Below are positions 32,101 through 41,020 of a stretch of 64,000 nt of DNA, one piece after another. The translations under genes were made by a program, and so were the position numbers. Numbering within the stretch: position 1 is the first letter of the stretch; every line of letters starts with the position of its first letter. The notes under the pieces are model-generated. The model worked only from the letters and a program-made list of their open reading frames with translations, searched no databases and had not been told where the DNA came from. The stretch is taken from contig JBIPOM010000254.1 of assembly GCA_044379175.1 (NCBI GenBank), positions 5,851 through 69,850 of the forward strand, in the 5' to 3' direction. The DNA is from Flavobacterium sp. Its GTDB lineage: Bacteria; Bacteroidota; Bacteroidia; Flavobacteriales; Flavobacteriaceae.

Positions 32101-33505
32101 CAGCAACAGTTTGTGCTTGAGTGCCCTCTTTAATAACGTTTTGAAATAACGTAGATATACGTGAAAACTGAAACTTACCAAATAGTTGTTCAATTGCTCT
32201 AGCACGATTAAGTGGATCTAGTTTGTCTAATGCACTTGCTACGTCTATAACAAGTTTTTTAACATCACCTTGATTTGCATCTACAATTCCTTTTATATTA
32301 ATGCCAAAACTAGCAAGAAACTCTGATGCTCTTTTACTTGGATTAATAATAGATGCAAGACCAGACTTTAATGCGTTGGCACCTTCTCCAGCCTGAATGC
32401 CACCTTCACGCATAGCAGTCATAAAGAATGCTAAGTCTTGAACATCTCCACCAAGTTGTTTAATTACTGGTGCTGCTTTAGGAATTGCTGTTGTTAAATC
32501 ATCAATACTTAGAATTGTTTGGTTTTCTACTGCGTTTAAAAAGTCAATTTGTTGTGCAGTCTTTTCTGCAGTAATTCCAAAAGTAGAAGTTAAAGAAATT
32601 AAAGTGTCCAAAGATTTTTGTTGATCAATGCCACCAAGTACAGCAAGTTTATTTGCTTGGGCAACTTGAACTAATAAATCATTTCCAACTTTACCTGTTG
32701 CTGCCACATCGGCAGCCATTTTCATTGTATCTGCTACGGCTACACCATACTTAGTAAATTCATTTGCAAGCATTTTAACATTTTGCAATGCTTCAGTTGT
32801 TTCTTTAGTATTTGTAAACATGTCACCGTAAACACGTTTAAATCTAATTGCTTGTTCTTCTAATTCCATAAATGTTTTTGCTGCAACGGAACCAAAATAC
32901 ATTAATGGTACAGTAAAACCAACCATAAGTTGACGACCAGCCCACTGTGTATTTTTACCAAAGTTTAAGAGATTTGTAGATCCTTGTCTTAATAATTGAT
33001 TAAGTAATGCTTGGCGTTGAGCAGCCATTGCTGTTTTAGTTGCATAATCATTCATATCCAAAGTTAATGGACGAATAGACATTGCCTTGAGAGCACCACT
33101 TGCATCTCTACCCATTTTAATATATTGGGTTTGTAGTGTTTTTACATTTTCTCTTGCAACTTTATTGATAGTGTCAAACTCTGTTTTAAATAATTTACCA
33201 AAAGTTTTAGTAGAAGCACCAGCGTATCTGAAGTACTCCTTCATTCCAAATTTATTTTTTTCTAAAGCCTCATTAAAAGAATCTGTTGTTGTTTTAATCT
33301 TTTTCATTTCGGCATAGAATTTGCCGCTTGCATTAATTTGATTAGTTAAGTTTTGAGCCATGTTCTGAGAAACCGCTGCACCAGCGGCCCCAGATTTGGC
33401 CATTGTAGAATAAAAGGCTGATAACTGACGCTGTAAAAGTTTAAGTTGCCTTAACGCTTGATCAGCATCAACACCAATTTTTATATTGGATTCGATATCA
33501 GCCAT
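26114..33505 (-). CDS. Tape measure protein
   Basis: 2463 aa, Ala/Gly-rich and helical, TMP core, hydrophobic segments and GTDTVPAMLTPGEF motif; follows the tail chaperones. Confidence 0.93.
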   Translation of the reverse strand: MADIESNIKIGVDADQALRQLKLLQRQLSAFYSTMAKSGAAGAAVSQNMAQNLTNQINASGKFYAEMKKIKTTTDSFNEALEKNKFGMKEYFRYAGASTKTFGKLFKTEFDTINKVARENVKTLQTQYIKMGRDASGALKAMSIRPLTLDMNDYATKTAMAAQRQALLNQLLRQGSTNLLNFGKNTQWAGRQLMVGFTVPLMYFGSVAAKTFMELEEQAIRFKRVYGDMFTNTKETTEALQNVKMLANEFTKYGVAVADTMKMAADVAATGKVGNDLLVQVAQANKLAVLGGIDQQKSLDTLISLTSTFGITAEKTAQQIDFLNAVENQTILSIDDLTTAIPKAAPVIKQLGGDVQDLAFFMTAMREGGIQAGEGANALKSGLASIINPSKRASEFLASFGINIKGIVDANQGDVKKLVIDVASALDKLDPLNRARAIEQLFGKFQFSRISTLFQNVIKEGTQAQTVAELTTATVEELAILSERELNKISESPMYKFKKQVQDLKTVIAPIGAEFLKALTPIIEFFNKILRRFEDMSDGTKKFVVYLTTILAGIGPLALMSFGLLANGVANIIKLFVSIKSVFNRAGNSTTYLGEQTNYLTQAQINAAAVASSLDQAHMTLTQRFTAEAQAVKLLRNAYMEANAASLNFSIGKGIAKTPGMPLANGILSVPGPKGAGDVVPAMLSPGEAVIPAKQNKKFGGLIRGIIADKIPGFIKGSASIKTVNFGGTDYSNIATNAKTTESKLSEYLHRYSTGANATQETNVQLTKMLETLNQRALAEGKTQILSLKQIQQALAEFNLREINPKGTGRQSAGSVFAHGSAPRRATQEQLNIINQEGQRLISQNPEYHEKTKYSKANMLAQAESATMYNRYGFNTDHSYNTGSGDTKLFQSEFLDPAKQTKVMSPFYEEWAAQQGKTLNEVLKDPKLFKKMTLDTSSFAKAIGEEIGKIGTETFSDDQFYKAVADAEAKHFAKGSSGKLKRPRMKRVVDALKEDYSTLGLMGGEANRATGQRVGVAQRDQELRQQLGMPLSGKPYKRGGQYASISQKVRQKSIDYGFTQIGDSFSETLDARSPSKKLRKIGKDAGTGLLLGVKESVKDAKGAGRQLAMSVIQGSMQIPQSKLTTMNRGIVGPTSPYNPGGNDNNKPTTKNRGRVGVGGLAMGANALLMGGSMMPGQVGDMSQKLMMPVMALSMILPLLQSKFGLLTVGIAALTYAIVSTRMAFDKAQDSAMKLAENLGSGAKAMEELAKFSGKVSATEIMDKRRKNSLSPFQVQTGKTTFGQSFVDSDLGKQTISAVTDSMKVGGRAGAQSQLLSQLTTGVVTGSLTADQARSIAANIGEQLGDYSFGIQVNAKMLELLGPNGENLEKDPIAIRVKLMQDARQKANSATGMIGNAARYTGKDTAKFGGFGLGGLIGGGALAVGGGMASAVAGGAAAGSFVPGIGTAIGAGAGALIGGTLALRDRQKRIGAASGGAVAMQKMALEQQTAMMDSLELEYEKRIDIAKAANDLEKVARLTAEREAGRIALLEENKGLLTDIGASYSGASSMLGGNVQKAMMTGVDKAITNQYKDTAMADIVPLAQTAIGGSGATKEQQYKIKMEMASGNIDPMQIVSMFEMFKEDQGSVDALLDITANFGGKFANQAISTVSMFTNKDGSVNKTAQAKFIADIKTKTPKEAEKMLTFFGDITKTGEVLDVGVAVEYLQKNPNIANNLQETIANIKAQKGKISLEVAATILGAKEMEALRSDQEYFNSLPAEQQKVYLQTLTTMAEVTGNNSKEFLAWQAANPGQSPNKYFTGAAQQLTKAEALATPATGEDGSETGTGPTSSPLDELVKKIRDTRKATEELTTGWDSSASALKRMAKEGIEGFKGLSQTLRSQGANQNTIDFITALSPEDYNKYKSLFKDMKTLQSAINFAELGSYQDSQEKIIADTDNQTIAFNKLVAAGMDSATAYEAVQNTGFAAAVATEKLGKNMKKIVDTTTAANRKKIEGFLKMGQYSQAFDPGYNLAQRYFDVQEKLMKLRRQAEIDQQQAVIDTADIQIKSAQNIQDVNNYQISTYEDGLKTIDDQANEITKKYDKQFESLDKISKINETIARQEKGRLSLAEALSQGDIYAAARAAQELRAQNAADAIAQQRTGMESARDAQISALTGNGLTRDQLEEKIKALKEQNYRIDQDTIKPLQEQSRLAQVKLDLINQEVEAQAKNLTLAGMTKKEWETQATKIEAAQVATELYNGVLQGSLDAINKMNAGWQGILDKLGQYVGTNLPSLPDGTTTTTTTTDSGTSEKPPKGIKSPGVVSKPSTPSSVINKKFPTVTSANIMGSGSGFGIGSSSSNKIMGGGKTLAPQTWQQAVAKAVPKKWNMGGRVQRFASGGFAIGTDTVPAMLTPGEFIVSKYGVDKFGVDNLRAINKGDNPSSSSVYNYNLSVNVKSDANPNEIARTVMMQIKQIDSQRIKGNRI

Positions 33506-33530
33506 TCATTATTACCTCTTTATTTAGTTT

Positions 33531-33851
33531 TTATGGTAAATTATTAAGTAATGCTGCATCTGCTAACTTAACTCCAGATGCCTCTTCTATAATTTTATAT
33601 ACCGTTGGAAGATCCATATTTTCTTCTAACGCTGCCAAGTCTTCTGCAATTTCTGGCTTGTATTGTTGCATTGCAATCTGAATACATTCCATTAATATGT
33701 TCATTGATTTTTCGTTATCTTCTGCGACCGCTGCTACACCTTCAAATTTCTTCATGAAAGGACGTAGGAGAGAAATTTTCAGTGGTCTTACTTTAACTTT
33801 TGTACCATCAATAAGCGTAACTGTTTTTTCTTCGTTAACAGTAGTTGCCAT
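33531..33851 (-). CDS. Tail assembly chaperone (short, G-like)
   Basis: Between major tail and TMP; homologous to the N-half of 33902..34588. Confidence 0.7.
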   Translation of the reverse strand: MATTVNEEKTVTLIDGTKVKVRPLKISLLRPFMKKFEGVAAVAEDNEKSMNILMECIQIAMQQYKPEIAEDLAALEENMDLPTVYKIIEEASGVKLADAALLNNLP

Positions 33852-33901
33852 TTTTCCTCCTTATAAGGTTAACCTTAATTATATCACAGAGGACCTATAT
33901 T

Positions 33902-34588
33902 TTAACCAACAACCTCTTCATATCCCAAACCATTTCCAATGCCAAACCCTGCTTTCTGTGCTCTTGCTCCACGAAGGTTTGTTATATCATTTGCATCTTT
34001 TCCTTTATATAACACTCTTTTTTTCATATCTTCCCAGGCATTATCATTTTTATCTTTATCTATATCTACCCCTTGCATTGCTGCAGAAAACTTTTTATCG
34101 TTGCGATCTATTTCTCTTTTCATTTCTAACACAGATATTAACTCTGGCATAGATATTGATGTTTCTAACTCTTCATAATTCTTCCAAGCACCTATTAAAA
34201 AAACCTCAGATTCTAGTTTAGCAAGATCTAGGTCGTCCCAGTTAGACCCTTTGTCATTTTCTGACTTTGCTTGTTGCTCTATACTATCTTCTTTATCCTC
34301 ATTTAGTTTGATACCCGCTGAAAATTCTAAAACTTTATAAAGTTGCTTAATGTCAAAATTATCCTCAATGTCTGTTATGCTATTTGATAACTGAGGATAG
34401 AACTGCTGCATTGATATTTTTACACACTCTAAGACTATTTCTAGAGTTTCATCTTCGCCGTCAACTTTAGATATTAACGAAAACTGATCTAATATTTTTT
34501 TTAAATATTTTATTTTTGCTGGACCTACTGTTATTTTTGTGCCGTCTACTAACTCAACGATACCCTCTTCATAAATTTTTGTGGCCAT
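33902..34588 (-). CDS. Tail assembly chaperone (long, GT-like)
   Basis: N-half paralogous to 33531..33851, plus a C-terminal extension; ATG lies 6 nt after TGGTATAAT. Confidence 0.7.
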   Translation of the reverse strand: MATKIYEEGIVELVDGTKITVGPAKIKYLKKILDQFSLISKVDGEDETLEIVLECVKISMQQFYPQLSNSITDIEDNFDIKQLYKVLEFSAGIKLNEDKEDSIEQQAKSENDKGSNWDDLDLAKLESEVFLIGAWKNYEELETSISMPELISVLEMKREIDRNDKKFSAAMQGVDIDKDKNDNAWEDMKKRVLYKGKDANDITNLRGARAQKAGFGIGNGLGYEEVVG

Positions 34589-34608
34589 TAAACCATTATA
34601 CCAAATAG

Positions 34609-34635
34609 AAAAGCCCACCGTTTTATGGGTGGGCT
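34609..34635 (-). terminator. Intrinsic terminator after major tail gene
   Basis: Minus strand reads AGCCCACC-cataaaac-GGTGGGCT-TTT, an 8-bp stem plus U-tract. Confidence 0.8.
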
Positions 34636-34654
34636 AATCTTGTAAAATTACTTA

Positions 34655-35305
34655 CTAAGCAATTGTACGATCAACAATCTTACCATACATACCGTCATCT
34701 AACGGTAACATACGGAAAGTTACGTCAAACATAGATGCTGCATCACGTTTTGCTGATGCTACTACGTTTTCGATTGACAAAGCACGGTATCCGATATAGA
34801 TACGTTCCTTATCGATTGATGGGTCACCAGTTCCTGGACCAACGGCTACTATACCACGTTCTAGAGGAACGTCGCCTAATTCACCTGAGTTGATGTCGAA
34901 ACTTTGGCTTCCTGTACCAATACCTGTTGCGGTTGATAATTCATCTAAATCATTTGCGTTTGCTGCTACTGCCACTAGAAGGTTTTCTAGTGTTGCTTCT
35001 GCAAATGATGTTGCTAAAGATACTTGCATGCCGTCTTTGAAAAGACGAGCAACGTCAAGAACTTGATCAACTTGAACTTCACCGAAAGATGGTTGGAATG
35101 TAAGTTCGATACCATTGCTGGTATAACCTACGTTTGTGAAGTCAACGTCATCAGTCAAAGTATCTTTGTATGATGTTGCTGCTTCAAATGCTGGTAGTGG
35201 TCCACCTGCAGTACCGATTGTTTGTGCTAAAGCACCGTCATTGTATGTAAACAATGCGGCTGCACCAACGATAATGTTGTTGGATTGTCCACGAGAATAT
35301 GCCAT
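34655..35305 (-). CDS. Major tail protein
   Basis: NIIVGAA...VGYTSNGIE...VDQ...FAEATLENL; strong RBS and its own terminator. Confidence 0.85.
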   Translation of the reverse strand: MAYSRGQSNNIIVGAAALFTYNDGALAQTIGTAGGPLPAFEAATSYKDTLTDDVDFTNVGYTSNGIELTFQPSFGEVQVDQVLDVARLFKDGMQVSLATSFAEATLENLLVAVAANANDLDELSTATGIGTGSQSFDINSGELGDVPLERGIVAVGPGTGDPSIDKERIYIGYRALSIENVVASAKRDAASMFDVTFRMLPLDDGMYGKIVDRTIA

Positions 35306-35387
35306 TTATTTCACCTCTCCTTGTAAAGGGTTTTCTTATTTAGTTGTAAAGCGATGTTTCCTCAAGGTCAAGTATAACACCATTTTG

Positions 35388-35951
35388 TTAGCCTTTATGC
35401 CAGTCATAATCTAAAATAATCTTGTTTCCTGCATAGGTTCTGGCTGTTCCAAAGTCTATGATGTCTCTAGTCTCTTGAAGTTGGTAGGTTTTAAAGGTGT
35501 GAAAATATAGGGGAAGTGACATATCTTTAAGTGCTATTTCTGGACCAGGAATAACCGTATCTTGATTATCTCTTATCCACTTATTTATATCAACTGCAGA
35601 CTCGTCTAATGAATTTAAAAGATCTTGAATCTTTTGACTTAGAATGATTGTTCTTTCAATTGCATTTCCACCAAAGTTATAAAAATAATACATTATTTGT
35701 TCACAATATATATGTGGAAATGTCTTTCTATTCATTCTAAACATCCTGTCATATACTGCAAATGTTCCAAGTGATTGTGGAAAAGATTCAGTTAAAGCAT
35801 TGATATCTGTTGGAGCAGTTGGAAAAAATGGAATAAGGAAAGTATCTTGTTCATCTAACCCATCAATCGCTGATGTTCCAAAAAACTCACTAATTTTATT
35901 TTGTAAATAAGCATTAATTAATGATGGTGGATGATGTATCGTAGCAGCCAT
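35388..35951 (-). CDS. Putative tail terminator protein
   Basis: Directly upstream of the major tail gene. Confidence 0.55.
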   Translation of the reverse strand: MAATIHHPPSLINAYLQNKISEFFGTSAIDGLDEQDTFLIPFFPTAPTDINALTESFPQSLGTFAVYDRMFRMNRKTFPHIYCEQIMYYFYNFGGNAIERTIILSQKIQDLLNSLDESAVDINKWIRDNQDTVIPGPEIALKDMSLPLYFHTFKTYQLQETRDIIDFGTARTYAGNKIILDYDWHKG

Positions 35952-36619
35952 TATGCAATCACCGCATTAGCAATCCATTTATATCCAGTTGAATATCCAA
36001 AACCTTTGCCATACTTGGCACCTGCTCTTAAATTAGTTTTAAATACTTTTGGATTTTTAATGTAGTCTGATAAACCAGATGACTTTAAAAATGATTGTTT
36101 AAAATATTGATTTAAAAATATGTCTAGCACTTCTTCAAATCCACCTTGAGCATCTTCTCCGCCAGGGTTGTTAACTGTAACTGGATTTTTAGTAAACACT
36201 GTTTCTCCATTTTCTTCAAATACTAACACCTTAGATTTTTTAGGTCTTATAGTTACTGGTATTCCTTTTTCCATAATTCTTGCTTTATCGTAAAATGGTG
36301 TAGTAGATCCATCTTTAACTCTTGATGATTGGCTAAGTGTAGAGTATATTGACAAACCTTGATTGCTTACAGTGTACTCAATATCAAACAATCTTGCATT
36401 TGGACTTCCAACTTGATACCATTCATATACGTGCTGCAGAATTGCTGGATCAATTCTTGCATTTAAATCAACAAATTCTTTTAATGTTTGTATAGTCTCA
36501 CGCCCAAGGTTATTAAGAAACGCTGTCTTTCCACCTTTTATTCCTTCTAAAAATCCAATAGAGTAATCTACAATGTTGTTCATTTCTTTTTTAAATTGTT
36601 TATTATCAACTATTATCAT
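35951..36619 (-). CDS. Putative neck / tail-completion protein
   Basis: Head-tail module synteny. Confidence 0.5.
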   Translation of the reverse strand: MIIVDNKQFKKEMNNIVDYSIGFLEGIKGGKTAFLNNLGRETIQTLKEFVDLNARIDPAILQHVYEWYQVGSPNARLFDIEYTVSNQGLSIYSTLSQSSRVKDGSTTPFYDKARIMEKGIPVTIRPKKSKVLVFEENGETVFTKNPVTVNNPGGEDAQGGFEEVLDIFLNQYFKQSFLKSSGLSDYIKNPKVFKTNLRAGAKYGKGFGYSTGYKWIANAVIA

Positions 36620-37065
36620 AAATCTATCGCCTGACTATCAGACCTTTTAATTACAATCTTATAATATTCTGTTTTTCCAAACAAACCAGAGTATGGGCTT
36701 AGTGTTGCAACTTCAAAAATACTTGATTTACCAGCACGAACCCCACCTGTTTCAACATATATAGGGTTACCTTCTCCATCTGATATGTTTGTTATAAGAA
36801 GATTAGTTAATGCAATTCCACCATTCATATCATCAAATCTAATATCTGTTGGAACTCTACCGCTCAAAACTTTGTCAAACAAAATTGCTACATTTTGTAC
36901 TTGTTGCTCTTCTTTATTTCTAAGGTTACCAGATGCAAAGTAACATTTTATATCTTTAAACTTTGACCATTGCTTTTTAATATTACCGTACTGACCTTGC
37001 TGAACGGATGAATAGTACACTTCTGCTGTCATAGGGTATAAAAAGTTGTCGTCTAAACATGTCAT
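36616..37065 (-). CDS. Putative head-closure (stopper) protein
   Basis: Head-tail module synteny; beta-rich, 149 aa. Confidence 0.55.
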   Translation of the reverse strand: MTCLDDNFLYPMTAEVYYSSVQQGQYGNIKKQWSKFKDIKCYFASGNLRNKEEQQVQNVAILFDKVLSGRVPTDIRFDDMNGGIALTNLLITNISDGEGNPIYVETGGVRAGKSSIFEVATLSPYSGLFGKTEYYKIVIKRSDSQAIDL

Positions 37066-37973
37066 AGTATTCCTAGTCTAGTAATGTTCTTAGTATATTT
37101 TGATAGTATTTGATCAACTATGATATTGCCTGTACCGTTAAATAATTTTTTAGCATTAAATTTAACTTTGTACTGATCTGTTTGATATTCTTCAACATAT
37201 CTTTTATATTGATCAAGTCTTCCACATTTAATATCATTAACTAACATTTCTGTTGCTGCCTGAATATCTGACGGAATTGTTTTATATCCAGCATCTAGAA
37301 CTAATGTATAGTCATATCCTGTAGGAAAAGTAACAGTATCCCAACCATAATACCCTAAATCACCGTATGATACTGGAAGATTTGGTAGCGTTTTTTCTAA
37401 TCTATTTAATGATTCTGTTGAATTGGGAATATATTCTTGTACAGCAGAGTTATCTAATGATAATTTAAAATATCTATCGTTTGTTTCTTCATCAACATCA
37501 AAAATTAAAACATCGTTTTCATAAACTCTCAATACCTTATAAGCATTTATCCACAAAGGTATATAATCTAATCCTTCTCCAACTGTTTGAACAATAACTT
37601 TTTGATTATAAAAACCATCAACAACGAATGAGTCAATAATTGATCTTGCAATAAGTTCGTTATATTTTGCTTCTGTTATTTCTGAAGCGGTAGTTCCAAG
37701 TTTATTAGGGTCAGTATATGGTCTTACTATGTCTAAATTATCTTCAAACACTATTTCTTCATCTGAATTTAAAATCTTAACTTCATATTTTCTGTCAAAT
37801 TCTATTTTTGATAATGGTATTACATATGTTATTTGTAAGTTTGCTGAAGTTATATTTGATTCTTCAACAAAGTGTTCCACCAAATCCTGTAATCTAAGAG
37901 TGTAGATATCTCCACTTGTTGGGACATCAAACTTTAGTGTTAGTGGGTATGGTGGAACCCTTAATGCTTCCAT
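37062..37973 (-). CDS. Head-tail adaptor protein
   Basis: ARSIIDSF...AGYKTIPSDIQAATEML...DQILSKY adaptor pattern. Confidence 0.7.
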   Translation of the reverse strand: MEALRVPPYPLTLKFDVPTSGDIYTLRLQDLVEHFVEESNITSANLQITYVIPLSKIEFDRKYEVKILNSDEEIVFEDNLDIVRPYTDPNKLGTTASEITEAKYNELIARSIIDSFVVDGFYNQKVIVQTVGEGLDYIPLWINAYKVLRVYENDVLIFDVDEETNDRYFKLSLDNSAVQEYIPNSTESLNRLEKTLPNLPVSYGDLGYYGWDTVTFPTGYDYTLVLDAGYKTIPSDIQAATEMLVNDIKCGRLDQYKRYVEEYQTDQYKVKFNAKKLFNGTGNIIVDQILSKYTKNITRLGIL

Positions 37974-37976
37974 TGT

Positions 37977-38417
37977 TTATAAGCCGTATTCCCTTGCAAC
38001 GTCTTCTGGTTTCAAAACTGTAATGTGATTACGTGTTGACCATTCTTTTGCTTCCTCTGCGGATACGTAGTTGATACCAACTTTTACTTGGCCTACACCC
38101 ATCCAGGATACGTTCTTAGTTGACTTAATTGCAACTTTTTCTTTACCTTGTTTAGGTTCAGCAGGTTTTTCTTTTTTAGTTCTTGGTTGTTTTCCAACAC
38201 CAATGGCACCAGTTGATAATGGAGCAAGTCCTTCAACAAGGTCTTGAACTGCTTGTTTTTTATCTTCTGGAATTAATGCTTCGCCTGGGGCTAACAATGC
38301 TGGTTGGATTTCTTCTATAACTTCTTCTACAATATCTTCAACAACTGCGTCTTGAATAGTATTTTCTTCAACTGTTTCTGGTGTTTGTAGATTTAAATCT
38401 TTGTCTAATTCTGACAT
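37977..38417 (-). CDS. Hypothetical protein (acidic N-terminus)
   Basis: Follows the capsid gene; has its own promoter and GGAGG RBS. Confidence 0.6.
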   Translation of the reverse strand: MSELDKDLNLQTPETVEENTIQDAVVEDIVEEVIEEIQPALLAPGEALIPEDKKQAVQDLVEGLAPLSTGAIGVGKQPRTKKEKPAEPKQGKEKVAIKSTKNVSWMGVGQVKVGINYVSAEEAKEWSTRNHITVLKPEDVAREYGL

Positions 38418-38456
38418 ATATTCCTCCTTGTAGTATTATATCATTTAATTAAATAT

Positions 38457-38490
38457 TAAAGGGAGTAAGAAATTAATCCTACTCCCCTTA
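38457..38490 (-). terminator. Intrinsic terminator after major capsid gene
   Basis: GGGAGTAGG...CTTACTCCC stem followed by TTT on the minus strand. Confidence 0.75.
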
Positions 38491-38510
38491 AAATTGTATT
38501 ACAGATTAGG

Positions 38511-39656
38511 CTATTCGCCTGCTGCATCCGCATAAGCGACTGCATCTAGTTCTTCCCATTGAATACCGAAACGAACGAAAACTGTATATTCTACAGTATC
38601 TTTCTTTGGTCTGTATTCGCGGTTAACTGTGATGTCGCGTTGGAAACCCCATACACGGTTAGCAGGGAATGTCAAATCGACATATCCTGCAGGGTAGTAA
38701 GGAACTTCTTGAACATCAATTCCGAGTACACGTGTTGTACGTGCTCCTCCGAATGTTTGTGCGTTACCATCAAGGTATGCTTGACGATTTGCTTCTGTAC
38801 CTGGACCTTTATTTACAAAGGCTTCGGCAATTGCATCGGCAAGAGTACCATTGTTTTTAACAATACCTTGGAAAACGTCTGTACCTGCGTAGAACTTAAG
38901 ATTATTCTTAAGTGCACGGTACTTACGTGGCATTGCAAGAATTATATCTTGCAGTGTGTTTGTTGTCCAAGCATTTGATACTACGTTGGCTACTGACTCG
39001 TGTGCTGCTGAAGTGTTCGCTGTTACTTGATTTACGAAACCGTTCATGATGCTAGTGAAAGCATTTGAACCTGTTCCTGTTCCGTTAATTGCAAGGTCTT
39101 CGATATCATTACCGAATGCGTTGGTCATCAATCTTACGATATGATCTTCCAATGCTGCACCTTCAATATTGTCTTCAAGTGCTTCTGATGATACTTCCCA
39201 GTCTAAGCGAATTTTCTTTGTAGTTAATTCAACTTTTGAGAATGTTGCACCAGCGTTTGTGTATTCGCCTAAGCCTTGTGAGGCTGCACGGATTACACGT
39301 TCTCCAACGTTAACTTTTTCAAGTTCCATTGTGTTTGCTTTCATGGTCACTCTGCGACCATCTTTAGCCAATACAGTTGCGTCCCACACATAGTCTATAA
39401 AACGACGTGCTTGTTCAGGGCGTAAGATACCGCTTCCAGTATCACCTGAAGGATTTACTGCGTTAACTCCTGATGTAGAGCCAAATGATGCTTCTGCGAT
39501 GTTACCTAAAACACCACCGTTTGCATAGTTGCCTGCTACGTTTTCACCAGCATCAGAACCAGATGCGAATGCACCTTGTGCTTGGGCTGTTCCAGGTGCT
39601 GTTCCACCTAGATCGCCTGATGTTCCTGGCTGATTTTTAATTATTTCTTCCGACAT
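38511..39656 (-). CDS. Major capsid protein (HK97 fold)
   Basis: GILRPEQARRFID...EALEDNIEG...DIEDLAING; GGAGGTG RBS; follows the protease/scaffold gene. Confidence 0.9.
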   Translation of the reverse strand: MSEEIIKNQPGTSGDLGGTAPGTAQAQGAFASGSDAGENVAGNYANGGVLGNIAEASFGSTSGVNAVNPSGDTGSGILRPEQARRFIDYVWDATVLAKDGRRVTMKANTMELEKVNVGERVIRAASQGLGEYTNAGATFSKVELTTKKIRLDWEVSSEALEDNIEGAALEDHIVRLMTNAFGNDIEDLAINGTGTGSNAFTSIMNGFVNQVTANTSAAHESVANVVSNAWTTNTLQDIILAMPRKYRALKNNLKFYAGTDVFQGIVKNNGTLADAIAEAFVNKGPGTEANRQAYLDGNAQTFGGARTTRVLGIDVQEVPYYPAGYVDLTFPANRVWGFQRDITVNREYRPKKDTVEYTVFVRFGIQWEELDAVAYADAAGE

Positions 39657-39680
39657 ATATTTCACCTCCACGTGATTTTT

Positions 39681-40997
39681 CTATCTGAATAGATCGGCTG
39701 TTTTGAGGAAACGTCCGCCCCATAGGGATTTCTCAACCATTACTGGTTGTAACTGTACGACCTCGCCGAGATCGCCAGACTTTCGGAAAGCGGTATCAGA
39801 TTCTACTGATTCCATTCTCTTTCCAAACTCGTTAACTGCACCGTTTGTTTCAACTAGTGCATTTTGTGTATTAACAATTTGTGACTTTGTGTCAGCAACT
39901 TGTTTGTTTAAATCTGCAACTTCTGTCTGTAAAGACTTTACTGTTGCAAGTAGATCGCTAAAGGCTGATGTAAGAGTATTCTTAACTTCTGTTACTGCCT
40001 CAACAATAACATCGTCTGCTTTAGATACTTCTGTAGCAACTTCTTCAATAACTTCTGCTACTGCTTCAACTGTGTCTGCTTTTTCTGCTTCCACAACTGT
40101 TTCCGCTGCTGGTGCATCTTCTGCAACAACTTCTGTAACAGGAGCATCAACTACGGCATCTGCCTCTGGAGCAACCTCAACATTTTCAACTGCAATATCA
40201 GATTTTTCAACAATCTCTGCTACTACTTCTGTTGTTTCTGTCATAGGACTTACCTCCTTGGTAATCTTAGAAGTGGTAATGCCTTTAGCACTATCGACTA
40301 AGAACTTTATCATATTGATTTTTTCATTATCCGTTTTTTCAACGAATCCTATATTTTTCATTTCATTGCCAGTTGTTGGACTGATTTCTTTTTCATTTTC
40401 TGAAACCATAACAATTCCAGTTTCTGAATCCCAAAAAACATTTTCTAAGGTTGTATTATCACCTTTAATTACTGCAACTCCGTCTACTTTTTCAACAGAC
40501 ATAATGTTTGCAAATTCATTTGCTGGAGAGTCTACAAGACTTAACTCAACAAGATCATAATCTTTAATAATTCTAATTTGAGAATCTAACTTCTCATCAA
40601 AAGCGTCGTCCCATTTGTTCATTTTTCCACCAATAGAAAAACCTGTTAGTGTGCCATCCAAAACCTTTTCCCATGTGCTTTGAGCACCTTTAGAGACATA
40701 AGCGGAAACGAAAACACCGTTATAAAACTTCTTTGACTCTGAATCAAAATATTTGTCTTGCTTAAATGAAACCATTTTGCCTACTGCTAATGGTTGATGC
40801 ATTTCTCTTATGTTACCTCGAAAGTTTTCAAATGCCTTCATGCTGGCTTCTGTAGTTACAATGTCCATTTGACGATCTAAGTTATCTAATGAGGCAAAGC
40901 CTGAAACAATGCGGCGTTGTTTATCAACCTTACTAAAAGGCATAGAAAGGCGGACATTCTCGCCTTCTGTATTCCATTGGGCTTTTAATATAGACAT
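39681..40997 (-). CDS. Prohead protease with C-terminal scaffold region
   Basis: IREMH, GFSIGG and ELSLVDSPAN (HK97-type protease), followed by an acidic coiled-coil region. Confidence 0.88.
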   Translation of the reverse strand: MSILKAQWNTEGENVRLSMPFSKVDKQRRIVSGFASLDNLDRQMDIVTTEASMKAFENFRGNIREMHQPLAVGKMVSFKQDKYFDSESKKFYNGVFVSAYVSKGAQSTWEKVLDGTLTGFSIGGKMNKWDDAFDEKLDSQIRIIKDYDLVELSLVDSPANEFANIMSVEKVDGVAVIKGDNTTLENVFWDSETGIVMVSENEKEISPTTGNEMKNIGFVEKTDNEKINMIKFLVDSAKGITTSKITKEVSPMTETTEVVAEIVEKSDIAVENVEVAPEADAVVDAPVTEVVAEDAPAAETVVEAEKADTVEAVAEVIEEVATEVSKADDVIVEAVTEVKNTLTSAFSDLLATVKSLQTEVADLNKQVADTKSQIVNTQNALVETNGAVNEFGKRMESVESDTAFRKSGDLGEVVQLQPVMVEKSLWGGRFLKTADLFR

Positions 40998-41020
40998 CGT
41001 ACTATACATTATAGAGCCCT

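Noticed and set aside
33852-34000. Slippery-site frameshift joining the two tail chaperone ORFs
   Set aside because: The long ORF is upstream and already contains both domains. The short ORF has its own promoter and SD after a 50-nt gap.
39703-40560. Long plus-strand ORF (285 aa) and other plus-strand ORFs such as 26253..26783 and 28908..29456
   Set aside because: Antisense shadows of codon-biased minus-strand genes; low-complexity Ser/Thr/Ala translations with no RBS or motifs.
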